DNA of 62,022 nt, the filler included, from Chiloscyllium plagiosum (lineage: Eukaryota), in assembly GCF_004010195.1 (NCBI RefSeq). It is 4 parts of one record of this genome, joined end to end, with 100 filler letters (N's around TTAATTAATTAA, not from the genome) between each part and the next. Parts side by side here need not be neighbours in the genome. Positions count along the whole stretch, not along the records: positions 24,287 to 48,367 come from NC_057711.1; 3 more parts are not named here. The stretch is one strand, 5' to 3'. Positions 26,250-38,289 of the stretch are shown one piece after another (the first letter of the stretch is position 1; each line of letters opens with the position of its first letter). A program made the position numbers and the translations under genes. The notes under the pieces were generated by a model, which saw nothing but the letters and a program-made list of their open reading frames with translations, was not told the DNA's origin and did not search any database.

Positions 26250-27150
26250 TTTCTCTTAGAAATTTCTTTGGCTTTTCATCAATTTTCATCTTCATGAAAT
26301 TTGTTTGTGTACCCTCTTGTTCTGTGAGCCTGTCTCATTTAAATACATTTTCTGAAAATTACATATTGTTTTTCAAATAAAACATTCTTTTTGAATTGCT
26401 AGACATTGTTTGTGCCTGTAAGGTTTCCTTTCTCTGCAGCACTGACAATGATTATTAGAATTTGATTCTGTCCTGCTTGCTGTAATGCTTCCTCATGTGT
26501 CCTACAGGGTTTTGTACTTTAAGAACTGAATAGATTTTCTTGCTACCTGTGATCATGTTGATCTTCTCTTAGAATTGATCTGGGATGCTCCTGGACCGCC
26601 ATTTCACTGATTCTTTGAATGGTTTTTTGAAACATTAAATCTTCATTTGACTGTAATAAATCTGACAAAGATTCTTCAGCAATTCCAAAAAACAAATCTG
26701 ACTGTTATGACTATCGAGATTTAAAGTCGTTACTCATAATTTCCACTAATCTATAGGGATGATTGATGAAATCATTTATAGATTCCCCTGGATGCTGAAT
26801 TCTGTTAACGCTTGCTCTTGCACTTTTGTTTTTGCTTTGAAGTTAAAACAATTGTCAAAGGTTCTCAGAACCTCATCAAAAGTATCTACTGATACTTGTA
26901 CACCTGTGTGAACTATAGCATATCAACAGAGTCCAATTAAATATAAAAATATATTAACTTGTTCAGCTCCTAATTTACCATTTAATTAGTTGCAAATCTG
27001 TGACTTCTCCAAGATGTTCAATTCTGACATCCACTTGGCTCATTTCTGAAATTAACTCCTCCTTGAGATATTAATAGTGATGTCTTGCTTTCTTATTATT
27101 ACTATTAAGTTTCTTTGCTTCAAAACCTCTGAATTTTTCAGTATGGCAAA
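26250..27150 (-). pseudogene. Decayed Ty3/Gypsy gag fossil
   Basis: Manual minus-strand translation: EQVNIFLYLIG, FDEVLRTFDNCF, NRIQHPGESINDFINHPYRLVE, GIAEESLSDLLQSNEDL, and a degenerate zinc knuckle CQCC..HKQCLA..EC; many stops and frameshifts. Confidence 0.7.
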
Positions 27151-27261
27151 GCTGCCATACTGGCTGCAATCTTTTCTCATAGTTTTGTTATCAAAGTGGA
27201 GGATACTTCCCTTTTGCAAGTAAAATGGTCAATAGCCTTAATAAACAATGTTCAATTCCTG

Positions 27262-27855
27262 CTGAAAATGTGTTGCTGGAAAAGCGCAGCAGCATCCAAG
27301 CAGGAAGATGATTGCAGGTTAGGAAGGCGGTGCTGAGTTCGAGGGATTTGACTGAGACAAGGTGGGGGGAGGGGAAATGAGGAAACTGGAGAAATCTGAG
27401 TTCATCCCTTGTGGTTGGAGGGTTCCCAGGCAGAAGATGAGGCACTTTTCCTCCAACCGTCATGTTGCCATGGTCTGATGATGGAGGAGTCCAAGGACCT
27501 GCATGTCCTTGGTGGAGTAGGAGGGGGAGTTAAAGTGTTGGGCTACGGGGTGGTTGGGTTGGTTGGTCCGGGTGTCCCAGAGGTGTTCTCTGAAACAAGT
27601 AGGTGGCCTGTCTCCCCAATATAGAGGAGGCCACATCGGGTGCAGCGGATGCAATAGATTCCAACGCCCCTCCCCCAAGTCCTCCTCCCTACCTTTTATC
27701 TTAGCCTGCTGGACACACTTTCCTCATTCCTGAAGAAGGGCTTATGCCCGAAACGTCGATTCTCCTGTTCCGTGGATGCTGCCTGACCTGCTGCGCTTTT
27801 CCAGCAACACATTTTCAGCTCTGATCTCCAGCATCTGCAGTCCTCACTTTCTCCT
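27262..27855 (-). mobile_element. Penelope-like element 3' fragment (GIY-YIG nuclease) with an inverted hammerhead-bearing terminal unit
   Basis: Minus-strand HCIRCTRCGLLYIGETG..FREHLWDTRTNQPNHPVAQHFNSPS; TSD caatgttca(a/t)ttcctg at 27246-27261 / 27856-27871. Confidence 0.88.
27727..27760 (+). ncRNA. Minimal type I hammerhead ribozyme (Penelope-associated)
   Basis: CUGAAGA 27730-27736; stem II GGGC-UUAU-GCCC; GAAA 27750-27753; GUC 27755-27757; palindromic ACGU stem III, so it could fold only as a dimer. Confidence 0.75.
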
Positions 27856-28656
27856 CAATGTTCATTTCCTGAACAACTTTACTGAATGAATGGTACTACC
27901 TACATCATTCATGGAAATTCCTATTGTCTTAACTGAGTGGGTTATGCTCTCCACAGCTCTAGAGGAGAAATCCTGTTCCTTTAACAGATTTTCTGAAATT
28001 AATCCATTGTTTTCTACTCTAAATGATATTCCCCAGGAAAGGACATATGGTTTCTTTCAGAACAACCGTTGGAAATGTTCCCCTTTGTCACGTAACCATA
28101 GTGTCTTGTTTAGAGGCATAGTTACTTATGAGACCACAAGTCTTCAGCACCACAGTCATGACACTATCAGGGCCCAATAGCCTTTGAAGTATCAAATGCA
28201 CTTAACTGTTTCTTGTTGAAACAAATCAAAATGGCTGAAGGTTGACTCCTGTGACATAAGGAAGAATCTTAACTTGATCCACTTGTCATTTCTAGCACAT
28301 GATTGGTGGAAATGCTTCAGTCTTCTCCATATTTACTTCAATGTGGAAGAAATTGGAAGGGGTGAAAACCAGCATCACACTGAATAATGCCAAACTCCTG
28401 ACAGGGGGATTAGGTTAAAATTGTTGGCAAGCCTTGATGTCCACTCTGATATCTAAGAGAAACCAAGGGAAAGTGATAATATAATAATCATGATATACTT
28501 TTTAAATGTTTATGTATTTAGTTATAGAACAGAATTTAAGACCTGCTTTACTCCACTGTCAAACAGATTTTCCACTGATTGACCTGCAAATTCAACCTGC
28601 ATCTGTGTATAACTGATAGACCAATTGCAGAATAAATGCTCAAGCTTCTCAATTTT

Positions 28657-28965
28657 TAAGATTAGATTACTTACAGTGTGGAAACAGGCTCTTCGGCCCA
28701 ACAAGTCTACACTGACCCGCCGAAGCGCAACCCACCCAGACCCATTCCCCTACATTTACCCCTTCACCTAACACTACGGGCAATTTAGCATGGCCAATTC
28801 ACCTAACCTGCACATCTTTGGACTGTGGGAGGAAACCGGAGGAAACCCACGCAGACACGGGGAGAATGTGCAAACTTCACACAGAGTGGCCTGAGGTGGG
28901 AATTGAACCCAGATCTCTGGCGCTGTGAGGCAGCAGTGCTAACTAAAGTGCCACCGTGCCGCCCC
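28657..28965 (-). mobile_element. HE1-type SINE
   Basis: Full head-to-tail homology with the other copies. Confidence 0.93.
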
Positions 28966-29344
28966 CAATAGCAATTAAATAGCAATTCCAAGGTTTTAAC
29001 TGATATGTGGGGAGTTGTCAATTATAGTATTGCTTCTAACTCTACAGCATTTGAACCCTTTGAGCTTTCTGAGGGCAGATGAACAGATGGATGTAGATTA
29101 GATTTATGCTTTGAAACAAGGGCTTTGTTTGCACCGATCACAAGCAGCAGCTGAGGCTGAGAGTCTTTAACAGAGAGATCAGATACTCTGTGTTTATATT
29201 TTTGGCAACTAGGAAATTGCAGTAATTATTCTAATTATTTTTGTAAAATGCCACATTTTATGTAGGTTGCTATTAAACAAAGACACTTTTCCGTTTTTAC
29301 AGTGTATGAGTTGCATGTAATAGGCTGATTTACAGAAATGAGGT

Positions 29345-29468
29345 AAAACAGAAAATGCTGGGAAATGTCAGTAAATCTGATAACAGATGCAGCCTGATCT
29401 GCTGGGTGTATTGACATTTTTGTTTTCTTTTTCCAGATTTACGGCATCCACAGTATTCTGTTTTTGTA
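29345..29468. mobile_element. Old palindromic Penelope-derived remnant
   Basis: aaaacagaaaatgctgg ... cctgatctgctgggt ... gcatccacagtattctgttttt. Confidence 0.45.
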
Positions 29469-29679
29469 AAACTATGATACTATAAAGACTGAAAATATAT
29501 AATTTGCCATTCAAGTCTAAGTTACCTGATGTTTCACTTGAATTTGTTTTCCTAATTTTATGAATATTTATGTAGTAATGCACTGCAATTCATACTTTTT
29601 ATGTTCTTATTTCTTATGGTCTCATGATCAACAAACAGTGACAGGTGTTAAGCTAAGTAATATGTAGTTTCCTGCTTTC

Positions 29680-30465
29680 TATGTCAATTTTGAATAAAAG
29701 TGCTATATTCATGTTTTCCAATCTAATGGAACTTACCTGAACCTAAGGAAGTTTGGAAAATTAAAACACACGAATCTCACTAGCAACTTCTTTTAAAAGC
29801 TTAATTTGAAGTCCAATAGGACTCAAATATTTTTGTGTCAGCCAGCAGATCCAACAATTTGCTCAGTACTAAGTCTCTGACTTTTTTTGAGTTCCTTCCT
29901 CCTTTCTGTTTCCTGCTTTATTACAGAATATCTGTTCAGTTTATCTGCCATCATTTACTTTCCCCAACCTCATTTTCTGTATAGGTCAACACTCACTTTG
30001 TTAGCTCATTTCTTTTTTGCAAATGTCTGTAGAATCGTTTACAATTTGTTAAAAATGTCTAGGTTGCTTTCTTTCATACACTCATTTTCCTTCTTTTGGT
30101 CATTCTTTGCTGTTCTTTATATTCTGCCTAGTCTCTGACCTGCCATACAACAATCTCCGTTTTTAAGAACTTTTTTTAGTTGAGCATAGTGGGTCCTTCC
30201 GTTGAATTTTTTCTTTCTTGTGGAATGCATTTTTTCGATCTATTCTAGAATATCACTTTAAATGTTTGTAACTGCATCTCTGTTGACCTAATCCTCCATC
30301 TAATTTCCTTGTTCATTTTAGCTATCTCTGCTTTCAAATTGTCATAATTGCCCTTATTTAAGTTGTAAGTACTGCTTTTGTTGCCCTGAAACTGAACTAA
30401 AATTTAATCATGTTTTCCCTAAACTAAATTGATTAGATTGTTACCTAGCAGCACCTTCAATATGA
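29680..30465 (-). mobile_element. Old decayed CR1 fragments
   Basis: Reverse-strand remnants such as aattgcccttatttaagtt (LNKGNY-like) and ttagattgttacc. Confidence 0.5.
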
Positions 30466-30518
30466 GGTCATTCATTAATTCTACTTTCCCATTCCTTGAA
30501 GTAGTAGGGAGGGGACTA

Positions 30519-31095
30519 TGTGGCGTATTGGTTAAACATTGTAGTAATCCAGGCAGCCAGGTGTTTGGGGCTATACTTATAAATCACAACGTGGCAGATA
30601 ATGGAATTTAAATCTAGTTATTAAATCCAATATACAACCCTAGTCTCAGTAATGGTGACTGCAAAGCTGCCATTGATTATTGTAAAAGTTACATGGTTGT
30701 ATCCATTAGGAAAAGAAATCTACTACACTTACTGTAATATAAAGCAAAATACAAGTGGATGCTGGAAATCTGAAACAAACATGGAGAAAATGCTGGAGAA
30801 ACTCAACAGGTCTAGCAACATCTATGGAGAAAGAAACAAAGTTTCTAGTCCGAAATGTCGGGGAGGGCATCATAAAATGTTAATTGTGTTTCTCTTCCCC
30901 CAGGTGCTGCTAGACATGCTGAGTTTCTCCAGCATTCTGTTTGTTACTATTCTTACATGCAACTCCAGATCCACAGTAATGTGGCTGAGTTTTACCTGCC
31001 ACCTGAAATAATCTAGTGAACCAATTAATTCAAGGGCAAATATAGATGGGTTACAAATGTTAGCCTTACAAGTGATGCTCACATCCTTTAAAAGA
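30519..31095 (+). mobile_element. SacSINE1-like Deu-domain SINE, interrupted by a palindromic Penelope-derived remnant at ~30740-30942
   Basis: tggcgtattggt..tagtaatccag head, ctagtctcagtaatggtgac, actccagatccacagtaatgtgg and tcaagggcaa..gatggg tail (recognised from memory). Confidence 0.7.
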
Positions 31096-31449
31096 AATGT
31101 TTTTTGTCTGCAGTCTTTCTCAATGGAACCAGATTTATCATCCCCAGCCACCCCCAGCCTTCCAGTTTTACAGTATGACCAATGGAACTTGTCTGTCACA
31201 TCCATGTGGATCCCTGGATATCTGTTTTACAGAGAGAACAATGTAATAAAATTAGGGTGGGGTGGAAAAAAGAATTTTATTCACAAACATTTTAGAATGT
31301 GCATAATGTGCTCTTTTTTTGTAAATAGATCTTCCCTTTACAACATGGCCTGATCCCTCCACTTTAAATTCTTGAAGTTAACTATATCTACAATTGTTCA
31401 AATCATTGTATTCAACATTTACCTTTTCACAATTTTTTCTTTCTCTATA

Positions 31450-31661
31450 CTGGAAATGTGTTGCTGGAAAAGCGCAGCAGGTCAGGCAGCATCCAGGGAA
31501 CAGGAGAATCGACGTTTCGGGCATAAGCCCTTCTTCAGGGCTTATGCCCGAAACGTCGATTCTCCTGTTCCCTGGATGCTGCCTGACCTGCTGCGCTTTT
31601 CCAGCAACACATTTCCAGCTCTGATCTCCAGCATCTGCAGACCTCACTTTCTCCTCAAAGA
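31450..31661. mobile_element. Non-autonomous Penelope-derived perfect palindrome with a hammerhead on the minus strand
   Basis: 81-bp arms at 31450-31530 / 31538-31618 with loop ttcttca; minus-strand CCUGAAGAAGGGCUUAUGCCCGAAACGUCG at 31539-31510; TSD tttctttctctatact at 31436-31451 / 31662-31677. Confidence 0.9.
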
Positions 31662-31785
31662 TTTCTTTCTCTATACTTGATTTTGTTGCTCACTGCTTGT
31701 ATTTATTATGCCTGTTTATTTTGCTTTCAAGCTTCCTAGTTCGGTTCAAAGTTACAGTAAAGTTGGCCTTTCATTTCCCAGACTG

Positions 31786-31950
31786 AGAAAGTGAGGATTG
31801 TAGATGCTGGAGATTAGAGTTGACAGTGTGGTGCTGAAAAGCATAGCAGGTCAGGCAGCATCTGAGGCGCAGGAGAATTGACATTCGGTTTTCCTGCTCC
31901 TCGGATGCTGTCTGACTTGCTGTGCTTTTTCAGGACTAAACTCTCGACTT
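31786..31950. mobile_element. Penelope-derived inverted-repeat element (second subfamily)
   Basis: gcagcatctgagg..gcagga / tcctgctcctcggatgctg arms; TSD atttcccagactg at 31773-31785 / 31951-31963. Confidence 0.8.
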
Positions 31951-32112
31951 ATTTCCCAGACTGTGTTTGCAGCCTTCTTTGATTGCTAATCAAGGTCACC
32001 GTCTATTTTATTGAAATTATTGCAACAAGACAAGCACTACTTCAAATCATCACACAATGTATATAATTTTGAAAAGTTTAGCTATGAGAAAGAGGGTATG
32101 GACACAAATAAA

Positions 32113-32520
32113 CAGTCATAGAGTCAGAGTCCTATAGCATGGAGACAGACACTTTGGCCCAAACTGGTCCGTACCGACTAAAATGTCTATCCACGTCCAC
32201 CTCATTTCCCTCCACTTGGCCCATATCCTTCTAAACCTGTCTGATGCATGTCTTTGTCCAAATGTCTTTTAAATTTTAATATAGCCGCCTCAACACTTCC
32301 GCTGGCAGGTCATTCCATATGCATACCATCCTCTTTAAAAAGTTGCCCCTCAGGTTCTCTTTAATTCTTTCCCCTCTAACCTTAAACTGATGCCTTCTAG
32401 TTCTCAATTCCACAACCCTGGGAAAAAGACTGAGTGCATTTACCCTTTCCATGCCCCATCATGATCTTGTGCACTTATCTAGGTTACTTCCTTAGTCTCC
32501 TACACTCTAAAAAAACTTCT
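32113..32520 (-). mobile_element. CR1 LINE 3' end
   Basis: gtcatagagtc tail; homologous to 57585-57990. Confidence 0.85.
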
Positions 32521-35279
32521 AAATAATCATTACTCATTGCTGGTGATAGTTCCTTCTTTATGGATTTTTAAATTCCGTTTAAATTCCTTAAATGACAGAG
32601 ATCCTGTATAATGCATTCATTGCAGCTAGAGCCATGAACCATTTTAAAAAAATAAATTGAACCATCAAGCATTTCATTTGTTATATTTGTTATGTGTGCA
32701 GTAAGGTGTGAACTCATGAAATGAACTCGGAAAGGGAAAAATGGATAATGGAATTAAAGATTCTAGCATCTCTCTTACATTTGCCTGCATGATCATTGCA
32801 ACTAAAGACAAAATAAGCATTAAAGCATGCTTGCAAATATGTTTGGATGGTAGTGCATGGATTGATGGAAGCAATAACTTCTTAGCTGCCCCTCAATATG
32901 AATGAAAAAAATATTGTACTATTTCAACTTTACCAAGGATTTCCATTGGGTGAAAAAGAATTTTGAATCAATGAGAGTTCAGAATTATATTCAAACAAAA
33001 TGAAATTCTTAGATAACGGTGTAGAAATTGTTGATGGTTGTGTTATTTAATGAATGCTAGAATGCATTCCACTCGCCATTATTTTAATTGAGTTGCAAAA
33101 CTATTCATTTTAAACAGGTCTAAAGCCCACTTGTCAGGACACATTAAGTGTTTACATAATAGTATTGCCAACACTGGGAGGCATGAACTCGCAGTCATAT
33201 TTGCTCATTTAATAATACCTGCACTTCAAAATTAGTTCATTGGCTATGAACTGTTTTGATATATATGCTGGCTGTGAAAGATTCTTTATAGATGCAAACT
33301 GAATTATTGATTTGTATTAGTTAAAACAAAGTAATTGTGAAACCTAATGCTATTACATGAGAAAGCATCTGTATGATAAAAAAATCTAATTGTTTTTCAA
33401 TTATAAATTAAATTATTCTATAATATAATTAATTTTAAAACTTGTTTACAGTAACACTTGATTATGCAATTGTTTTAGGTATCTTACTGAGGAAAAAGAA
33501 ATGGTGGAATCTTACAGGAGCCTGCTAGACATGGCTAAGCAAGAAATGTGGAAGATTCATGTAAAACATTAGACACAGCTTTTGATGTCGGGAGCAATTT
33601 GTATTTTCAAAAACAGTTCCGAACATTGAGATGCGATTCTCAACAGGCAGCAGCAAGATGCCTATTAAAAGCAATTATTGTTGATTAACAGGCTCATTAA
33701 TGATATTAACCTTATTAATATGCAGTGTTCCTCTTTTCAGAACAGCTACAAGGTGCGAGAGTCAACAATTCTGAACATGAAAGTTTGAGCGGGTACCTGT
33801 TGATTTCAGCTTGCCACTGACAAATGCCAAACTTTCAGAACCCTCATGGTATCTTTCCAATCCAGGATTTTTCTTTGCTTTAAATCTGTACTTGGGAACA
33901 CTGGCAACTGGCATTGATATGCTGCTGCAAGGGCTGTTGTGCAAAGGGATAAGCACCATGCTCATTGGATTAGATGGATTACATTTCAGGACTGCTTGCT
34001 GGCTTTTTTAGTGGTCACTCACTTAATGCCTACCTGGATGCTCACAGCATCACTGCCCTGCCTCTGTTTGCTGTGCCACCCTTTTAGTGCAGTCACAATA
34101 CCAGGCAGCTTGTTCTCAACAATCCTCAGTCAAGGTGACAGGCATCCTGCTCTATGGCACATTGTTAATTTAGTCTCACACCTGCACTTTATACCAGCAG
34201 CAAAAATGTCAAATATCCTCTATGTGCTACAAGCAAATGGCCATTTCTCAAAGTCTAAGGCACGTGATCCTCAGTATAGTATGGGGGTGCCCATCGGTCA
34301 GGAGGTCCTAGCACAGTAAGGCAAGAGCAGCCTCCAAGATCAGTCCAGAGAAATGACCACAACTAGATGTCTGGTCATGGTGCTATTGGTTGAGGGGCTC
34401 TGTGTCTCCGTACTCTGGGGAATGGGTCATGATCAACCCTGTGGCATCATAGCAGAATGGTTGGGAAGATGTGTGGGAATGAGGCGGGGCATAGGCAACT
34501 CTCACTGAGGGCTGTCCACAATGGTCGCAAACCCAACTGGAGTGGGTGCAGTAAGTGCCTTTGACTTGTGAGATATGGGACTGCAAAAATCAGTGGCATG
34601 CACTCTGTCAAGGGGTGATAATACTACACATTGACCCAATCACTGGAAAAGAACACACAGTCATGGGCTCCCAACCCTTGAAGACCCTTATCCATTGCCT
34701 TGCTGTGTGATATACACTGCCAAGGCCCAAACATTGCTGACCATTTCATGCAAGAACAACATCGTTGAACAGCACAACACTGCCACCAGTAATACCATAC
34801 TAATGTCTCTGCACTGGGGCAAATAGAACCAGTTGTTGGAAATGCTTCTAACTGCAATATTCACATTGCCTAAACACATGGTGCAGCAGCTTCTCAAGTC
34901 AGATATTACTTTATGAAACATCAGGCACATGAAATAACAAATGGCTTTGCAGTGCAATGGAGGCTACACAGATGCACAAACAAACAGATTTAGTAGCACT
35001 GACTTTGTTTTAACAAACGTTTGACTTATTTACACCAAAATATCACCCATGCCGTCCATGTCAATGTGCCTTTGAGTGCAGGCCCACATTCAGAAGCTGG
35101 GATGGATGGAGCCTATCCTACATTGGAGCCACAGGACTTCAGGTTTAGTTGGTTGATCCAATGAGTATTTGTGTCTACTAGGCCCAGAAATGCTGACTGT
35201 GAGTTTGGCAAAGTTGTACACTCCTCAGCTTGTTCTCCAACAGGAGGTTGGAGGTGGAAAGCCTTGCTGGATTCTTCTT

Positions 35280-35611
35280 AGAATCATAGAATCCCTACTG
35301 TATGGAGTCCACATCAAGTCCTACTAGTCTGCACTGACCCTCTGAAGAACATTGCACCTAGACCCAGCCCCTACCCTATCCCGATAACCCCACATTTATT
35401 ACAGCTAATTCACCTAAGTTACACACTACAAATAATTAAGCATGGCCAATCCACCTAACCTGCACATTATTGTACTATGGAAGGAAACCAGAACACCATG
35501 CAGACTCAGGTAGATCATATAAATGCCACACAGTCACCCAAGGCTGGACTTGAACCTGGGTCCCTGGCACTGTGAGGCAGCAGTGATAACCACTGAGCCA
35601 CAGTGTCGCCC
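35280..35611 (-). mobile_element. HE1-type SINE (older copy)
   Basis: tagaatcatagaatcc tail, V-domain and tRNA head. Confidence 0.87.
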
Positions 35612-36439
35612 ATGACTTTAGAAGGGCCTATGTGTGGTTCTTCCTCTGGCTGAGTGTCTGCTGACCCTGTACTGTCTCCTATGATGGCAGACTACCTGGT
35701 GTCAGGTGTGTCAAGCTGGTCCATTCCCTTGCTGTTGATGCTGAGGGCCATTGGCTAGGGTGGTGGATTGCAGATCTGTGTACTTATACAGCAAGCCCAG
35801 AGACTACTGAACCTGGCTCTTCAAGCCAATTGTCTCCATGATCAGGATGACAGCCAGATCATTACATACTTGAGGCTGCTGGGTCCCTGTAGCATAGCTG
35901 CTGTCCTTCAGCCTCTGGGCAATAAGGGCCATTGCCTCCCACATCTGTCTGGTGCTCCTATTTCTGCTTGTGCATGTGGATGGCTACCCTGACTGCTGAC
36001 CCTACAGGGTCCTTTACTGCCTGGGTTTGTGTAAGTGTCTAGTCTCTGACAGTCCTATGAGTGCCAGTGACACAAGGGACATTTCTTTTTGAGACAGCTG
36101 TGGAGATGTAGCTGTGAAATGTTCACCTGAAAGTGCTCTGACTCTAATATAGACACATGCCCATCGAAGTATCAGTATCTGAGTTGATGAAGGGTGCAGG
36201 AGGAGGCTGTTTTAGAATTTTGTTTGAGTTCTCTGGACTCTCTTCCATGGAAGTTCTGGATGGCCTTCCCTTCAAGGCTTCTTGACTGCTGAGACATGTA
36301 TACTTGCAAAAAACAAATGAGAGGAGGCTTAGTGGTCAAAGGCAGTAGATTGTGCACGATGAATGACACTGACAGCGAGTTATTTTAAAAGTTGCAGTGG
36401 AATGAAGAACAGTATTTAATCAGTTGACAGGACTTGGAT

Positions 36440-37022
36440 GTTTCAGGCATCCCTGCAAAACTGGGCCTAGTCTTTTCCTGAGAGGGCGAGGATCTCTCCT
36501 TGTGGAGAATGAAAAGCCTAATGCCTCACACATCACCATCTGGGGTCTATACTGTCACATTGTGGCCTGTCTTCATCTGCAGTGCGATAAAAGGAGAAGG
36601 ATGGAGTGAGATGATAAGAGTTGGCATTAGGCTTTGCAGTGTGGGAGGTTAGTGGAGGGTGGGGTTGAAGACCTAGTGAGGAAAGTTATTGTACAGTGAG
36701 ACTGGCAAAGTGTGAGACTTAGTAGGAAGGCAGGGCAATAACAGGGATAAAGTGTGGGTAAGGTAGCAGAGAAAGGTATTGGCACTTAACCTGGCAGACC
36801 AGAGAAGGTCATTGACCTCCTTACAGCACTGCTGGACATTCTGCCATACATTTGAGACTGCACTGATGCAGGTGGCAAACTCAGATCAGGATGGCAGGGT
36901 CTGATAGTGTGGCTTCCTCTGGTGGTCTTGGGGATAGAGTACCTCCTCTGCACCATACCATCTTTCAGAGCATTCAGGTTTCTGTCTCAAAAGCAGGACA
37001 CTAATTTTCCTTTGTTTGCCAT
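36440..37022 (-). pseudogene. Harbinger Myb/SANT-like DNA-binding gene remnant, two exons
   Basis: Exon 37022-36791 MANKGKLVSCF*DRNLNAL...VLYPQD...QQCCKEVNDLLWSAR then GT donor; acceptor at 36577 then MKTGHN..TPDGD..IRL..KER, like KxAHN..TGGG..LT..EER in Harbinger Myb proteins. Confidence 0.7.
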
Positions 37023-37339
37023 TTCTGGGTAAAAATGTCAGGAACTGATTGGGGCAGCTTCAGAATACCAGTGCTTGTTCAGATGTGTAACAGTAGTTTA
37101 AAAATGGCTTGGGTGCCAGGGGTGCTGGTCCATTCCAAGATATCTAGAAATGTTGAATTTTTCCAGTTTTGGCAAGATGATAAAATTAGGCGAGCATTGT
37201 ATGGGATGTGAGCAATAGAAGTTGAAAAGTAGTTGACTGACAAGTTTGGGATGATCTTTCAGAAATCTCATAGAGAGAAACCCCCTGTGAAATTCAATGG
37301 CATTGACACAGCAAATTGTATGATTCAGATCAAAGTTTC

Positions 37340-38185
37340 TGAAGAATAATTTTTCAATTAAGGTGATTAACAACTGGTCTCAAATGTTGTTAGACACTAT
37401 GAATTCCCACATTACTCTCAAAGCCAAAGAAGCTTAATGCTACCAGTCCTCCTACATCAATAAATTGTGAGGCTTCCCCCACACCCCATATTGAATCATG
37501 CTAAGATTTCATTAATGAATAGAACTCCATGTTCTGGCTTTCACTTCTACTGAACTACAACATATCTTTACTAGTGCTGTCAAACAAATACAATCTCCCT
37601 GTGGTCACAAATTTCAGTAGCATCTTGCCAGTAGTCCCAGAACTAACTCAGTTTAATCTCTCGGAACAAAGGACAGGACAATCCACTCTATAATTTCAAT
37701 CAAAACCATTGATTCACATTTTTTCAGAAGCAAAAGAAATACTCAAATTATAACAAATTGGTCAAATTCCATGATATAATGGAATATATAATGGCCTCCA
37801 ATGTCTGTTATTCCACAGTTGTTTGAAAGTTACACTGATCACCAACATGCACACAAGCTTCCTGCGGTAAGTTAATTTAAATACTTTTAGTGCAACTCTG
37901 AACTAACTCAGCTACAGAAATTATGTAAGTTGTTGACACCTCCCCAGGATTCAATCAGATAATGTTGTTAATTTTTTTTTTAAATTGCTTGCACTAATAT
38001 AATTCTTTCCAAGACAAATACCTGAAAACTGGCTTTCTTGGCAATTTACTCAAAATCACATCTGTCATTCACAGGATCAGGCAAGATTGGAATCATAACA
38101 CTCATGTAAGCTATGTTCATTGGCTTCCATGCCAGTGCAATAAACAGGAAAAACCCTAAGAGCTTCTTGATTTCAGATTTCCAAG
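37340..38185 (-). mobile_element. Possible very old piggyBac transposase remnants
   Basis: SEIKKLLGFFLFIALAWKP (~38178-38120) and LRPVVNHLN*K (~37383-37350) resemble piggyBac EIKxFLG..KP and KIRPxxDHLN blocks, but the spacing is too long. Confidence 0.3.
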
Positions 38186-38289
38186 CCCTCCTTCAAAATG
38201 TGTAAGATAGATAGCTGGCACCAATACTGATTTCCAACTTTCTCACATCCAAAGTTGATCAACAATGCAGAAAGAATTTCTATTCTGTC

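Larger units (their letters stand above)
33503..37300. mobile_element. Fossil PIF/Harbinger DNA transposon (transposase remnant on +, spliced Myb/SANT gene on -)
   Basis: Myb-like ORF at 36440-37022; YPL...NIVEQ transposase-like remnant at ~34689-34772; candidate TIRs gaatcttacagg (~33507) and cctgtgaaattc (~37284). Confidence 0.6.

Noticed and set aside
31450..31618. Recurrent palindromes as a CRISPR-like or miRNA system
   Set aside because: There is no repeat-spacer array; the units are dispersed and explained by Penelope-like elements.
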